From Octopus vulgaris (Eukaryota): a stretch of 64,000 nt of DNA. A model generated the notes under the pieces. The model had not been told where the DNA came from. It was given only the letters and a program-made list of their open reading frames with translations, and did no database searches. The stretch is taken from the NCBI GenBank assembly GCA_951406725.2, contig OX597814.1, positions 115,630,001 through 115,694,000 on the forward strand. Reading direction: 5' to 3'. Positions 25,999-40,091 of this stretch are shown here, piece after piece; positions within the stretch are counted from its first letter, which is position 1; each line of letters begins with the position of its first letter. The position numbers were made by a program, and so were the translations under genes.

Positions 25999-28900
25999 GG
26001 TATCATCATTTTACGTCTGTGTTCCATGTTAGCATGGGTGGGACAGTACCACAAGAGCCGACCAGACTGAAGCCTGCACCTTTGCAGAGACTGCTCATAA
26101 AGTAAAACTCGTAAAGCAGAGCAATAATTTTCCATAACAGCAATGCTATAAATTGTAATTTATTCCTAGAAATATATTTTACCTATAAATTTCATAATAC
26201 TCGTAAATAGATGGCAATTTAACAACAGTAGAATATAAAGAAAATTTTTATGTAAAGTAAAAATATAACTGTTTTCTGAATCACTTTCACTCATACAAGA
26301 CTTGTGCACACCATCGTCGATTCACAAGAACTCGTAGACAGATATGTAGATTTCTTTGTAAAAAACGTCTTGAGTTGTTTGTTTGCATAGCAGCCTTCTT
26401 TGCACTCTATAAATTTCTCAATCATACGCAGAGGCATTTGTTGTGGTAGTAGAAACTTTTGAACTGTCATTCAAAATTTGGATCTTGTGCTTGAAAAATA
26501 AAACTCGTTCTGAGTTCAAATTCCACTGAGGTCAACTTTACCTTTCATCCTTTCGGGGATGATAAATTAAGTACCAGTTACGCACTGGGGTCGATGTAAT
26601 CGACTTAATCCCTTTATCTCTCCTTGTTTGTCCCTTCTATGTTTAGCCCCTTGTGGGCAATAAAGAAATAACTACTTAAAATGGGGCACTACAAAAAGAA
26701 GGTTAACAAGTCTACACCAATTGGTTGCCGCACTTAGTCAATATTTCAATTTTTTCAAATACTCTTGACCTCTTTCTCATATCTGAAAACAAACATTAGC
26801 CAAACTATTAGTCTCTACCCCGATCATAACTTAACCAAGGCAACCCACACGATACTGTTTTATTAGCTAGCCCTTACATACCAAAACCTCTAGTATATCA
26901 AGTCGGCTAACCAGTCTCAAAGTTATGCCATTTCTCTTTTGATTAGCTTTCACAGCAAAAAGTGCTTCACCTCTGAAACAGCTAAGTAACTAAGACACAC
27001 ACCTCCCTAAGTTTGTCCCACCACATTCCACACGCAGCTTGGAAAAAAGTAGTTCAGTTGCAGCAGTACAGATAAAGAACACCCTCATCAACAGCTGGAG
27101 GGTATTCACTTACCTGTAAAAACAGTTTCAATGTTTTTTTTTCCTATCTCTCTTTATAACATCTGAAGTAGTTTTGGCTGCTATTTCTAACAAATGTACG
27201 ACCATAAAAGGGATCTCATTGACCACCTACATATGAAATGAGCACCATTTTCGCTGGATCAGTCTCCAAACTACAGTTTCTACCACATCTCAAAATACCC
27301 TGAACTACCCAGCATACTACTTAGACACTAACTTTCTCATTCGCTCTACACAAACACAGAAAGCACATACATTAACTTAAAAAATACCAGCTCAAAAGCT
27401 TCACCTCTCGTATCTCAAATGTAGAATAACACCTTCAGATACTCCAGCCTCCCTCACAGCAACCATTCCTACTTTCTCTGAAACCAGATTTTCTTTCCTA
27501 CCACTATTCACCAATAGCCTCTTTCCATTGTGATCTTTGGTGAAAGCAGCAACAGTGCTGCTTTTGACCTCAGAGAGGTCATTAAATCGAGTAGAACATC
27601 CTAAGGTAAATAGCTTACCGTTCAACTCACCTAATAACCTTTTCTTACCAGATTTTTGTTGAAATACACTGCCCTAGTTTCAATTATTTTTTTTTAAATA
27701 ATGAAGTATTTAGAAAAAAATAACACTGTCAATAATTAAGCTGATAGTTGGAACATAAATTAACACGACCATTTGATAAAAAAAAAATGTTTTAATTAAG
27801 ATCACTTTAAAGCAGGAAGTTTATATCATAGAACTAGGGGTTGTCTTTGGTGGGTTGGTATAAAAAGGGTCAAATCAGAAGTGTAGTTGGACCACAACAT
27901 AACAACAAGTCATGGTGAGGTTATCTTTATTCTTCTTAGTATTCTTCAGGGTTCAACTATGTCACCCATTCCCTTATGCAACTTCATGGCATTCTTACTA
28001 TCACTTCCAACTGTAATCCTGTTGATAAAACTGAAAAATCCCAAACATACTAAAACAAAAATTTATTTTTTATAAGAAGACAAAAATCAATATCTACCAA
28101 TAAATGGTAATGGCATCAAAAATTTTAAAGAATGTCTTCAAAAAAACTCGACTATACTGAAAAAACATTCACCCTTTTGTTACTATATTTCTGATGAAAT
28201 ACACTGCCTCTGTTTCAATTTTGAAAACGAAGAATTTAGAGTTAAGGTGGGGCTTGGGACATAAGATGGAATTTTGATGGAAGGTTTTAACTTAGATCAG
28301 TTTTAAAGAGGAAGCTAATTCGCCGAACCAAGTGTGGTCTAAAACAGGTTGATAATCAAAAGGGTTAAACTAATTATGATCAAAATGACAGTCACATCTA
28401 CACTGAATAGTCAATCACCAATACAACATTTTAAAGATACTGGAAGGTACAACCCAAAGTCATAGGTCCAGTGGAGCAGTAGTTGTCACATTTGAACAGA
28501 ATTCACCTTTATAAACTCTACTGTGATCAGCACCAAAATCTACAGAAACAAACTGGACAGGGGAGAGAATGCAGGCCTGGTGCTGACCTAGTCAGAGGTA
28601 TGGTATATTCAGATTTATAGATCAAACTGAAGTATTCAGCTTACTACCAACATGCTTTAGGACTATTCAATCAAAGCTGACCTGAATGAAGTTAATGATG
28701 GTAATGGCAGTCAATATTCCAATCAAACCAAAGAAACTGTGTTTCTATTGATTTTTTTCAGACTTCTGATACTATTTATTTATGATGTAAAAAGACACCA
28801 ATGCCAGCCTCACATTAAAAGCAACTATGCTGGCATCATGTAAAGAACACTTGTGCCAGCATCACATAAATGCACCCAGTACACTTTATAAAATGGTTGG

Positions 28901-30063
28901 CATTAGGAAGGGCATTCAGACAGAAACCATATAAAAATAGACAGGAGCCTGATGCAGCCCTCCGGCTTGCTAGCTCCTGTCAAACCATCCAACCCATGCC
29001 AGCATGGAAAACAGATATTAAATGACGATGACAACAGCTGGCAAGAGCATCACCATTTTTTATTCTTTTCTTAGTGCCATACCAGAATTCAAACTCAGAA
29101 TGCAGCAAGCTGGAAAAGATATTGCAAGGCATTCCATCTGACACTATAATGATTCCAAGTGAGGGTCAGTTTTTTACCTTCTTAAATCAACCCTAAAAAA
29201 ACAAAAAGCAAAGTTGACCTTGCCTGGACTTGAAAATCAGAGCACAGAGAGAATTCTATCCAACACAAACGAATCTGCCTATTCACCATCATGACCTGCA
29301 GCTACACAACAATCCATACAATAAGACTTCTAAATAAAATGCTATTTACATGGCACTATCACAGGTGCTTTTTACAGCAAAATATAATCTTAAAATACCC
29401 AAGTGAAGCTGAAAAGAAGATACTGCTGTCTAAGTTCAGTGATCCATAACCCTTTAGCATTTAAACCAGCCACTCTCGAAGTGGTTGGCGTTAGGAAGGG
29501 TATCAAGCTATAGAAACTCCGCCAGATCAGACTGGAGCCTGGTGCAGCCATCTGGTTCGCCAGACCTCAGTCAAATCGTCCAACCCATGCTAGCATGGAA
29601 AGCGGACGTTAAATGATGATGATATCTGGTCAAAATATTCTACCTATTTTATATCCAAACCAGCCAGATCCAGCAACTTACACCTACCCTTCAATGTCAT
29701 TCTAAAAATGAATAATAATGACAACAAAGCCTTAAAGTTACAAGTTAATGCATGATTAATTCAAAACAATGTGAATAATTATTACATTTGAAAGAGTAAT
29801 CTGAGTGTTGAAAGGTTAAAGAAAAAAATGGAGCTTCTAGACAGTTCTTAAATGTACCATCTACCAAATACACTTGGGAAGCAAGCCAACAAGAGATCTT
29901 TTACATAATATTTCAACCTATGAGAAACAGCAGCCAAATTCCTTCAGATCACAGACTTAAGAGGAATATAATATTGAAAAATATAGCCCTAGATCAGGGG
30001 TTCAGCAAACTTCTTATATCATTGACCCCTTGGTGGAATAGTTGATAATTTATTGACCCTTAA

Positions 30064-31148
30064 CCCTTTCGTTACCAAACCGCCCAAAACCACCCGAAAA
30101 AAATGTTGGTTTATGAGACCAAACCGCCCAAAGCCGCCCGTATTTACCTATTCATATTTAAATGAGAATATCAGAGCAAATCTCTTCAGTACATTCGTGA
30201 AAACACCTATTATACTTCGTAAACAGTTCAACTACAGTTTTGTACAATAATCGAAGTGTAATTTTAATTCCGTGAATTTTGGGAGATTTTTTTCCGAAAT
30301 TTGTTCCTATTGTGTTTTCAAAATTTGTAATTCTGACAAAAAATGGATACGAATTTCATTATATCAAGCAGCGAGTCAGAATTCGAAGGATTTTCTACTG
30401 AAGACCTTCATAAATCTAACTCTATGACTGAAAAAAAAAAGCATGTGGTATTTGATAATGAATCTGATGTTTCATTTTCCAAAAGTGAAAACAGTGAATC
30501 TGAGATCTCCGATAGCGATAAAGAAAACGAATTGGCACCTGAATGGAGTGAAAATTTAAAAACTGTTTCTTTCGGTGATTTTTCTGAAGAAACTGGACCA
30601 AGCCACAGACTTTCCCAGAAGGGTAAAGCCTTAGACTATTTCTTTTTACTTTTTCGAATGAGCCTATTTGAAATCATTACGGCAGAAACGAACCGTTACG
30701 CTAAACGTAAACAAAGCGAAAGAAACGATAGTTTGTGGTTTCCCACAACCTTAAATGAAATTAAGACTATTTTGCCATAAATATTATTATGGGTATCAGA
30801 AAGTTACCCAGAATAACAAATTCTATCGTAAAATTTTGTTGTATACCCAATTGAATATTAAGCTAATAACCCATTTTCTATAGCGATGTTTGAACAAAAT
30901 TTTAATTTTATATTTTGTTGAATTTACCTGTATTCTACCTGCAATTAGAGTCACTTTGTGACAAAAATTATAGTATAGAATTGGTTGAGAACATTTCATT
31001 AAATTATCTTCCAAAATTCATGTTAATATATCGATAAATAAAAAAGTTATTGTTGTTTAATGAAACCAGACTAAATTTATGATTACGTTAGAAATTAATT
31101 GAAACACATAAGGGGTGTAATTTGGTCAGAAATATAGTAACGAAAGGG
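30064..31148 (+). mobile_element. Internally deleted piggyBac transposon with transposase N-terminus (ORF 30343-30780)
   Basis: TTAA on both sides, TIR ccctttcgttac/gtaacgaaaggg. Acidic N-terminus, then DYFFLLF...EIITAETNRYA...WFPTTLNEIK and frameshifted INIIMGIRKLP, typical of PGBD4-like DDE transposases. No catalytic core. Confidence 0.88.
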
Positions 31149-33578
31149 TTAACATGTAAATTTCTAAAAATGGTTTTAAAAAATGAAATGAAAAAGTACA
31201 ATAAAAGAATTTTAAAACAGTTATTCCTTTTATGTTATTACTGTCTTTTTAATAAGAAATAAATTTAATGAGTTTGGTCGATTAAATCAACCCCAATAAG
31301 TCTGATTGATTTTTTTTATCTACCTGCTACGTTTCTAACAGGAATATTAATTAAAAATATAATCAGTGTTATTTTCATTTTCTGCTATTTCTTCATACAA
31401 CTAAATCAGGAAAATACAAAATCAATTTCAAGAATTGATTTGAATATTTGGCAATTCAAGGATTGCTCCAAATATCATTTAAATTTATTATTCCAAAACC
31501 TTGAAATAATTTGAGCCTAAACTTTAAGTCATCATCATTCATCATTTTACATTTGTTTTTATATGATCTCTAAGGTTGGATGGTTCAACAGGAGCCAGTG
31601 TGCCAGATGACAGCACCAAACTCCAATGTCTGCTTTGGCTTGCTTTCTTATTTCTTTATTACAAACAAAAGGCTAAACACAGAGGGGACAAACAAGGACA
31701 GACAAAGGGAATAAGTCGTTTACATCAACCCCAGTGCATAACTGGTACTTAATTTACCAACTCTGAAAGGATGAAAGGCAAAGTCGACCTCGGCAGAATC
31801 TGAACTCAGACCGTAGCAGCAGACGAAATACCGCTAAGAATTTTGCTCGGTGTGCTAACATTTCTGCCAGCTCACCGCATTTTGGTTTCTACAACTGGAT
31901 ACCTTCCCTAAATGCCAACTACTTTACAGAGTATAACCAGGAGCTTTTTACATGACACTGGCACCAATGAGATCACCAAGAAACTAATAAGACAAGACCC
32001 TTAAAGGAGATGGTTTTGTACTGAGATCAAAATCTGAAAGGACAGACATGGATGACTTGCTGTGAAGAAGATGGTGTCAGGCATACCTTGATATTCAGGG
32101 GTTTCGCCTCATGGAGGAGATGACAAAGGACCAAGATGGTTGGCAATTTGTTGAGGTCAAAAAAGACCCATCTATTTAAGCAAAAATGTAGGCCCTAAAA
32201 GCATATAATCTATGTCTATGCTCCTGCAAACAATCATCCATCTTGGACAAATTTCTCCCTCACTCTAAAACTTTGAAATAATTGAAACCTACATTTTAGC
32301 TCACTCTTCTGAGTGGTTGGCATTAGGAAGGGCATCCAGCAGTAAAAATCCGGTCAAACAGCCACAGAAGGCTGGAGCAGGCTTCTGCCTGGCCAGCTCT
32401 TGTGAAACCGTCCCACCCATGCTAGCATGGAAGGCGGACATTAATCGATGACTTTTATGTAATAATTAAAAGAAATAAAATATTTTCTTTAAGATTATAG
32501 ATTTGTATTATGAACTGATTTACCTGTATTTCTAGCATGTGGCAGGAATAAGATTTGAAAAATACAGAACAATACCGTTCTTGCTCCTGTACCAACTGAT
32601 AGGGAACAGAACTGTTTTCAGCCAAACAGTCTGAGATGTGGATAGAGAATGTAACACAAAAGTTGTAGTAGGATTTGAACTCATGATCAGGCATCTAAGC
32701 CATACAGTAATTCTAAGTTTGTAAATCAACACAGAAATTCTTAATTTCAAAGTAAAAATCCTAAAAGAATGATCTGAGTTCTGTAAACATTTCTAGAATG
32801 AAAAATAGTCCCTTCACCAAAACAGAACTCTTTTTCTAATGTTATTGAGTCAGCATGTCAGAGATGCTTGTAGTTGAGAGCCTAACCCTTCCGTTACCAT
32901 ATTTCTGCTCAAATATACTGCTTTGTCAATTTATTTTGAAAATAACAAATAATTTAGTCCAATTTTATTTATTTATTTATTACTATTAAGCTGGTGTTTG
33001 AAACAAAATTAAGAAATTTTGATGAGAACAAGATTGAGTCTAAGAATATAGGGTAGTCTTAAGTGAGTTGGTATCAAATGGGGTTATTTGACATAATCAA
33101 AACAAACTAAAGCTCAATATTTTTAGTGAAAATGATTTTTTTATCAGGAACAATTTTTTTTTTTTTTAGGATAACTTCAAAAAGGATGAAAAACAGTCAT
33201 TCAGAATAGGTTTTGTACACACACACACACACACACACTTTTACTTGTTTCAGTCATTTGACTGTGGCCATGCTGAAGCACCGCCTTTAGTCGAGCAAAT
33301 CGACCCCAGGACTTACCCTTTGTAAGCCTAGTACTTATTCTATCAGTCTTTTGCCAAACCGCTAAGTTACGGGGACGTAAACACACCAACACACACCCAT
33401 ACATATATATATGCATATATACGACGAGCTTTCAGTTTCCATCTACTAAATTCACTCACAAGGATTTGGTCGGCATGAAGCTATAGCAGAAGACAGTTGC
33501 CCAAGGTGCCACGCAGTGGGACTGAACCCGGAACCATGTGGTTGGTAAGCAAGCTACTAACCACCCAGCCACCCACAA

Positions 33579-33854
33579 AATTGCAGTGTGGAAGATGTTT
33601 GCAAGCCATTTATGAACACACAAAAACCATTAGTTTCACTTCAACATTTAAATTTAACTTGTGTCAAAATATTTTCGTCACTTTGAAACCATGACCAGCT
33701 CACTGACAAAAGTTTGTGCCACATCAGTTTTGTCAGTGAACAGGTCGTGGTTTCAAAGTCACATAAATATTTCGACAAATTAAATTTAAATGATGAAGTG
33801 AAACTAATGGCTTGTGTTCTTAAATGGCTTACAAACATCTTCCATACTGCAATT
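33579..33854. mobile_element. ~275 bp palindrome, Penelope-like inverted ends
   Basis: aattgcagtgtggaagatgtttg ... caaacatcttccatactgcaatt, with arms meeting near 33715-33725. Confidence 0.6.
33662..33778. ncRNA. Inverted pair of hammerhead-like motifs, G3:C8 variant
   Basis: Minus 33662-33708: tgtca-GTGAGCT-g-gtcat/ggtttcaaa/gtgac-GAAA-atat-TT-tgaca. Plus 33730-33778: tgtca-GTGAACA-g-gtcgt...ataa-atat-TT-cgaca. Each copy is damaged but their consensus is intact. Confidence 0.5.
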
Positions 33855-33915
33855 GTTTTTGTATCAACACATGATCTCAGATAAAGCCACCTGCTATGCA
33901 AGAACATCTCCGTTT

Positions 33916-33947
<32 letters not shown>

Positions 33948-35670
33948 TATTCATTTAAAAGAAGAAGCAAACAGACATTGGGAAGTTAATCAGTGTTCAT
34001 TATTAATAAATTGGCCATCTTCAGTCAGCTAAAATGAATTCACAAACACACAGAGAATCCAAATGAACATGTTTTTTCCTTCTTTCCTCTGATATTATGC
34101 TCATGTCGTATAAATGTAAATTAATAGAAACGGCACTAAGTGAAGATGACCAATTTGCTGTTAATAATAAACAATTATTAACTTCACAAATCTCCATTTT
34201 CTTCTTTTAAATGAATATAAGCTATGTTTTTATATATACTTATTATTTTAAGGAAATTCATTCCCCAAAAATATTAAGTACCGAACCAATATTTCCTTGG
34301 ATGAAACCATCCCTTTATGAGGTTAACACAACCGCTAATTAAATTTATTAAACATACATATATAGGGGGAGAGAGACAAACCCATGGCAGCATGGAAAAC
34401 AGACATATGATCATGATATACATGTTTGTATACTAGAAGAGTCTAGTCGAACAAATCAACTCCGGTACTTATTTTTTGACCCTGATATTCATTCTATCAG
34501 ACTCTTTTACCGAACTGCTAAGTTACGTAAACAAACCAACACTGGTTATCAAACGGTAGATGGAGGACACACACAGAGGATAGTTTGCACCTACCAAGAC
34601 ATTGCTCAACCGGAAGCTGTAATTGAAAACACGTCCTCAAGGTGAAGCACAGTGGGACTGAACTCGAAAACTACGTGGCTGCAAAGCAAGCTTCGTAACC
34701 ACACAGCCATGCCTGTGCCTATATAAATAATTTACATAAATTTTACATATATATATATATATATAATTTGCCGAATTCCATTTTGATAATAAACTATTGT
34801 TCAACCACTAATCCAAAAGGAGTTTCGAGGGCAATTTCCACCTTGAATCGTTAATACACATACTTCAACAGTTAGTTTTCGTTCTATACCCTAGCTACCT
34901 TGGTGATTGATTGGGTTATGAAAGAAGTTCACTGCCCTGCTAAATGTTGACACACCCAATAACATAATATCATACCTATTAACTGTGGAAAGTAAACTTG
35001 AGTGACCCAAACATCAACTTATCCTGTTATTAGTTACACCAAACTACATTTTCCCTAAAAAGCTGAGATTCGGCGGCAAATATTTCAACAAAGTAAAACC
35101 GGTTTGACCCCCCCCCCATACCCGAACATAAAGCACAAAGAAAAATGTAAACTAAAATTAGTATGTCATAAGTAGATTACTATTTCATAAAAACAAAAAA
35201 ATTGCAAAATCAATGTCAATTGATACACACAACACTGTGTCACTTTTATTTTCACCGACAGATAATCTTTTATTTACTTGGGTGAGAGAAAAATTTAGAA
35301 AAAGAAAAAAAAAAAACGGATTGGATCGAAATAATGATATCAACGACCGGCGCAGGAGCGGTTGCGTGGTAAATGTGCATCCCAACCATTGCGTGGCACC
35401 TTGGGCAAGTGTCTTCTACTCTAGCCTCAGGCTGACCAAAGCCTTGAGTAGATTTGGTAGGCGGAAACTGAAAGAAGTCCATCGTATTTCTGTGATGATT
35501 AAAAAAATTAGGCTACATAGCTGAAAACTTGTATGGCGCCAACGACCGAAAATAAACACCCGGATGCATCCTTAATAGTAAATGGTCAATGTCAAAAATA
35601 TTTATTAGAAGTAACTTTAAAAATCTTATCCGTCTTCAACGAACTGGAGTTCAGAGTGTGTGTGTGTGTG

Positions 35671-35713
<43 letters not shown>

Positions 35714-38700
35714 CAAACATCAATTCGAGTAAAAGCAGCCCCTATGTGGTCGCTAGAAATAGCACACAAATCGGCAGAGGTAAAGAATACACACACCACC
35801 CGTTTTCGGCGTAATCCTAACCCTAAACACTGGTATTCTTTACCTTCGCCACACAAATCGCCCTCAAAATCATACTCACTGAAAAGGATGACAGTGAAAA
35901 TAAGATGGGGTAGTCACAAATGGAATACTTCTAAATCATAAATCTGCTCGTTTAGGGTTGATTTGGAGTCAAATAACAACAAACTAGAAGCTTAGTTTAA
36001 TACACTTCGTCTTCCTCGTTATAAGCAACGTGAATGCATTAATTCTAAAGAAACCGGGGAGGGGGGCATTTTCAAAAATGACCAAAACCTTCTTCATTTC
36101 AAAGAAAATTGAAATTTGAAATATTAACAATATTCGAATGAATATTTCTAACCTAGAGAAGAAGCCCGCCAAAGAAATGTCATGTCGTAATGTTTATGCC
36201 TTTCTCAAGGACATCGCATGTCTGGGTGAATGAATCGAAGACGCCCCTAGAACGGAAATAAATTCACGAAATCCATATAATGCAAAATATAAATTATACC
36301 TTTTACTTGTTTCAGTCATTAGGCTGCGCCCATGCTGGGGCACCATCTTGAGGAATTTTAGTCGAACAACTCGATGCCAGTACTTTGTGGAGGTGTAATG
36401 ACACCTAACCCTGAAACTAACACTCACCTCCTCATAGCGTTATGTAGATGCATTTAAGTAGTACCCTTTTTTTAGGCCTGATACTTATTCTATCGGTCGC
36501 TTTTGCCGAACCGCTATGTTACGTGGTAGCAAACAGACAAGAACACACACACACATATATTGAACCCAGAACCATGTGGTTGGGAAGCAAATTTATCACA
36601 CATTTTTTAAAAAATTAAAATATTAAATAAGTCAATTGGAAAAGAGTGTACCAAATAATGTATCTTTCAGAAGGGAGGCTTCCTACATTATTTTTATGGG
36701 AGAAAATGAAGATCCTGCCTGTCAAGTGAAACTCTTTCACCCGGGGATGCGAACGTGGTTCACCGGTACTGTACATAGATAATGGTAGTACACCCCAAGT
36801 CTATCAAGAAGACCCAACCAGGTCGCTATACTTGCCAAAAATAACAAACAGAGGGAGCAGGGATACGGAAAGGACATATTAGATAATGATTTCCTAGACA
36901 GCCCATGAAACCGAATGGTCACGGCTGGAATGCCTCAGATAACGGTTGACTAAAGGTTAGATAAAGTAGCTCACCCAATAATGTTAATAAACAATGTATA
37001 TTAGCGACAGAGACAGTATTACCTCTCAATAAATAATAAGTTATAAACTAAATACTTTCATTATTATACATATCTTAGTGAATAAAAAAGCGAAAAGATA
37101 CGAATTAGGGGCATTAGAAAAAAGTTATCACCGAAGTTGTTAATGACGGCAATGGAAATAATTGCAAAAACAATGTATTTAATCTAGATAAGTCAAGAAC
37201 GGTTAATGTTTAATGACAAAAGTGAAAATATCAATCTTATTTTATGAGACGACAAAGCGGTGTGAAGGTAGTTAAAAATAGTATATTTAAACAAACAAAA
37301 AAGAACACGTGCTCGACAGCCTCTCTTCAAAATATAACACAGTCAAGGGGGATATTTTAATTCGCTTCATTTAGCCTGTAGCCATCTATCTGAATTGAAA
37401 TTAAATTAATAAAGTATCTTATTTACAAATTTAGTTTTTTTTTTATTTGTTCTAAACCAGAACTTCTCGTTAAGAACTGATGAGAATACAAGTTATTCAG
37501 CCGACCTGACCACCAAAATGCTACAAACACATGAAAAGAAAAATGTTTGATAAGAAACAAGGGCACTAATGGACATTAGAAGTGGTTGAGCGCCGGACAA
37601 AATCAAAATACATTGCAGTTGGTTCGGAGTTCAAATACTTACCGATCGATTAGATTGACAGTAGGCCTATATTAGCAATCATTGTATAGATAGTACCTTG
37701 TCAAGTTTTAGCCCAAACACTGGAAGACGGACCAATTGCCACATTAAAAAAACATGACTTTTTAGAAACAACAACCAAATTCCCTCAAATCATACAAAAC
37801 TGTCTTAAAAGGGGACGGACTCATTGGACAGAGGGATGAAATCGTAAAAGATACAAGTTGGTCAGCTCTTGATCATAGAAATGTCTGATCTATGATTAAA
37901 CAATATCAGTGATTGTTAATTAATAAGATATATTACAGCTTTTAAGTGCTTTACTTCCTACTTTTGATAAAGATTCGTGATAAGTGAATAGTGAAACAGA
38001 GGAATAAATTTTTTAAAAAAAAGACTAGGAACTAATTAGACATTAATCGCGTTAATAAGTAATCCTGAAAAAAAAAGGAGGAAAAGAAAAAAACTTCTCT
38101 AAAGAAAAAGAGAAGACTGTTGATCGCAGTTTTCTGTGGAACCAGGATATTTCAAAGAGCTTGGTGTAAGAGGCAGGGCGAAGGAATATATACATTTATA
38201 TGTATGTGTGTGTTAGGAAAAGGAGGTAGTTATGAGCTTCAATGTAAAACAAGCGATGAAGAAAAAAAAACAATCTTCAGTTTTTCATAGAAAGATACAA
38301 CAATAATAATGCTATTAGATTATTAGCAGGAAAAGATTCTGTGATTTCCCTATCATTACAAAAAATATTGACACACAAACTGAAGAAAGAACCGACAAAT
38401 CATTTTATATATATATGTGTATATGAAAGATATAATTATATATTAGATATAGATATACACACACAGCAATGATAATAAATCACTTCCACAGTTCCTTTCT
38501 ACTGTGAGGCGGTGTATTTATTTGTCTTTTCTTACATTGCAACTTCACATCGTTTGTTACAACTGGCTTTTAAGTTTAAAAAAAAAAACCCAGCAAACTT
38601 CAAACTACCAGAAATGCATATTAAGTTATGTATGTGTATACACATCCATGTATATATACATATATGTGTATATATATATACACATGTATATGTGTTGAGG

Positions 38701-39077
38701 GAGTTGTTCGGGGATTTTCCTCGACGTATTTAGCTGAAATTCTTACCGTCGGTTTGCGGGAATAATATATATATATAATAGGCTACGAAGAAAGAAATGT
38801 CAAGATTTACATAGAAGACAGGTTATCAATCTTCTAACCTGACTACTACACAAGATTTTTCTGTGTGTATATATATCTATATTCTTTGGCCAACATTTTA
38901 CAATAGAACTGAGTCACGGTTAAAAGCTTAGAAAGGGAAGCGAAAAAAATAAAAAAGAGACAATTCTATCTTTAATAAGCTGCACGCCGACATGAGCAAC
39001 AAATATGAGAATGGATTTAAATAGATGAATGTTTTATGTAGTTGTTAACCGCAATAAACAAGTGGAATAAGACTTAC

Positions 39078-39095
39078 ATGCGCATCATTAGCCAT
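39078..39095 (-). CDS. SBNO1: Strawberry notch homolog, first coding part (MANDAH) of the exon spanning 39078-39148
   Basis: On the minus strand aacaATGGCTAATGATGCGCAT|gtaagt: good Kozak context, phase-0 donor, in frame with exon 12277-12399. Acceptor ttttcctattcag ends at 39149. Confidence 0.7.
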
Positions 39096-39360
39096 TGTTT
39101 CTCCGCTAAGGTTGTAGCGTTGCTCATCAGACAATCGCCATTAGAACACTGAATAGGAAAACAAGAGCGCACCCATAATTCAATGCGTCACAATGTTGAA
39201 AAAAAAAATGTGTCGATTATTTCTTTGGTATTTACATTTGAAAATTTCCTCTAAAATAATGCTGGAATTTATTTTAAATGTACAATTGAGTTAGTGAAAG
39301 GAAAAATTGTAAACGAATAAAAATTTCTGTTCTTTCGTGATAATCGTTCCAGCAGCTCAC

Positions 39361-39420
39361 CAAGTGAAGACATGGCGGAGAACCGGCAGTAACGGAGGTG
39401 AAGAGATAAGAAACGTCATT
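39361..39420 (-). other. SBNO1: Probable 5' leader exon of SBNO1 (start boundary approximate)
   Basis: GC-richer island ending ccgccATGtcttcacttg|gtgagc, with a donor at 39360 about 210 nt upstream of the acceptor at 39149. Confidence 0.5.
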
Positions 39421-40000
39421 GCTAATATTTTTATTGATGATAACAGATTGTTGTTTTAGTTCGAAAGCGAAATTAATATTTTGAAAGGAAAACATTATTA
39501 AATCTCTTTTTATTTATAACGCGTAAGAAAGTAAAAGCGAAAAAAAAAATTCGTTGCTTTCGTAACGTTTAAATATTCACTCCGTAACTATAATATTTAA
39601 TTTAGGTTTACGTAAAAAAAAAAAAAGTAGATAAATAAAAATAAATAAATAATTTTTTTTTTTCTTATTCTATTTCATTTTTTACTTTTAGTAACAACGT
39701 CGATCTTAATTTTCCAGTCGACGACGGATATTGAGGAGATATTTTTAAAAATAATTCAAGAAAAAATCTCAATACCGTTTTAAAATGGACCAATCAGAAG
39801 GCGAATAAAGAAAATCGAAATTTCTAGTTGGGTGGTAATGGCGTTTACCTTTCTTGGAAGGAAGATCAGCCGCCACCTGCTGTTACCGTCCATTGCACAG
39901 TGAAACCAAGCAGACTATGGTGCCTTTCTCTAAATTTATCTACCGCCGTGCTTGTATTTTTATTGGAATTATTTAGGCACGTCTATGATCATCTTCCTAA
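39420..40000. promoter_or_regulatory. Bidirectional promoter SBNO1/KMT5A
   Basis: Divergent start codons 997 bp apart (39095 and 40092). Region is free of transposons and relatively CpG-rich, with a CCAAT box GGACCAATCAG at 39787-39797 and YY1-like ATGGCG motifs nearby (39372, 39838). Confidence 0.65.
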
Positions 40001-40091
40001 TGAATCTCTTGTGAAAAGAAGCCGAATATCGTAGCCTCTCGTCATTCATTCAACGCTTTTATTTTACACAAAACTCGATCACACACACAAA

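Noticed and set aside
30343-30780. Domesticated PGBD gene
   Set aside because: Frameshifted, lacks the DDD core, bounded by TIRs and present as a second decayed copy at 63424.
37475-37510. CTGATGA followed by hairpin gaata/tattc
   Set aside because: No GAAA after stem II and no stem I, so not called as a hammerhead.
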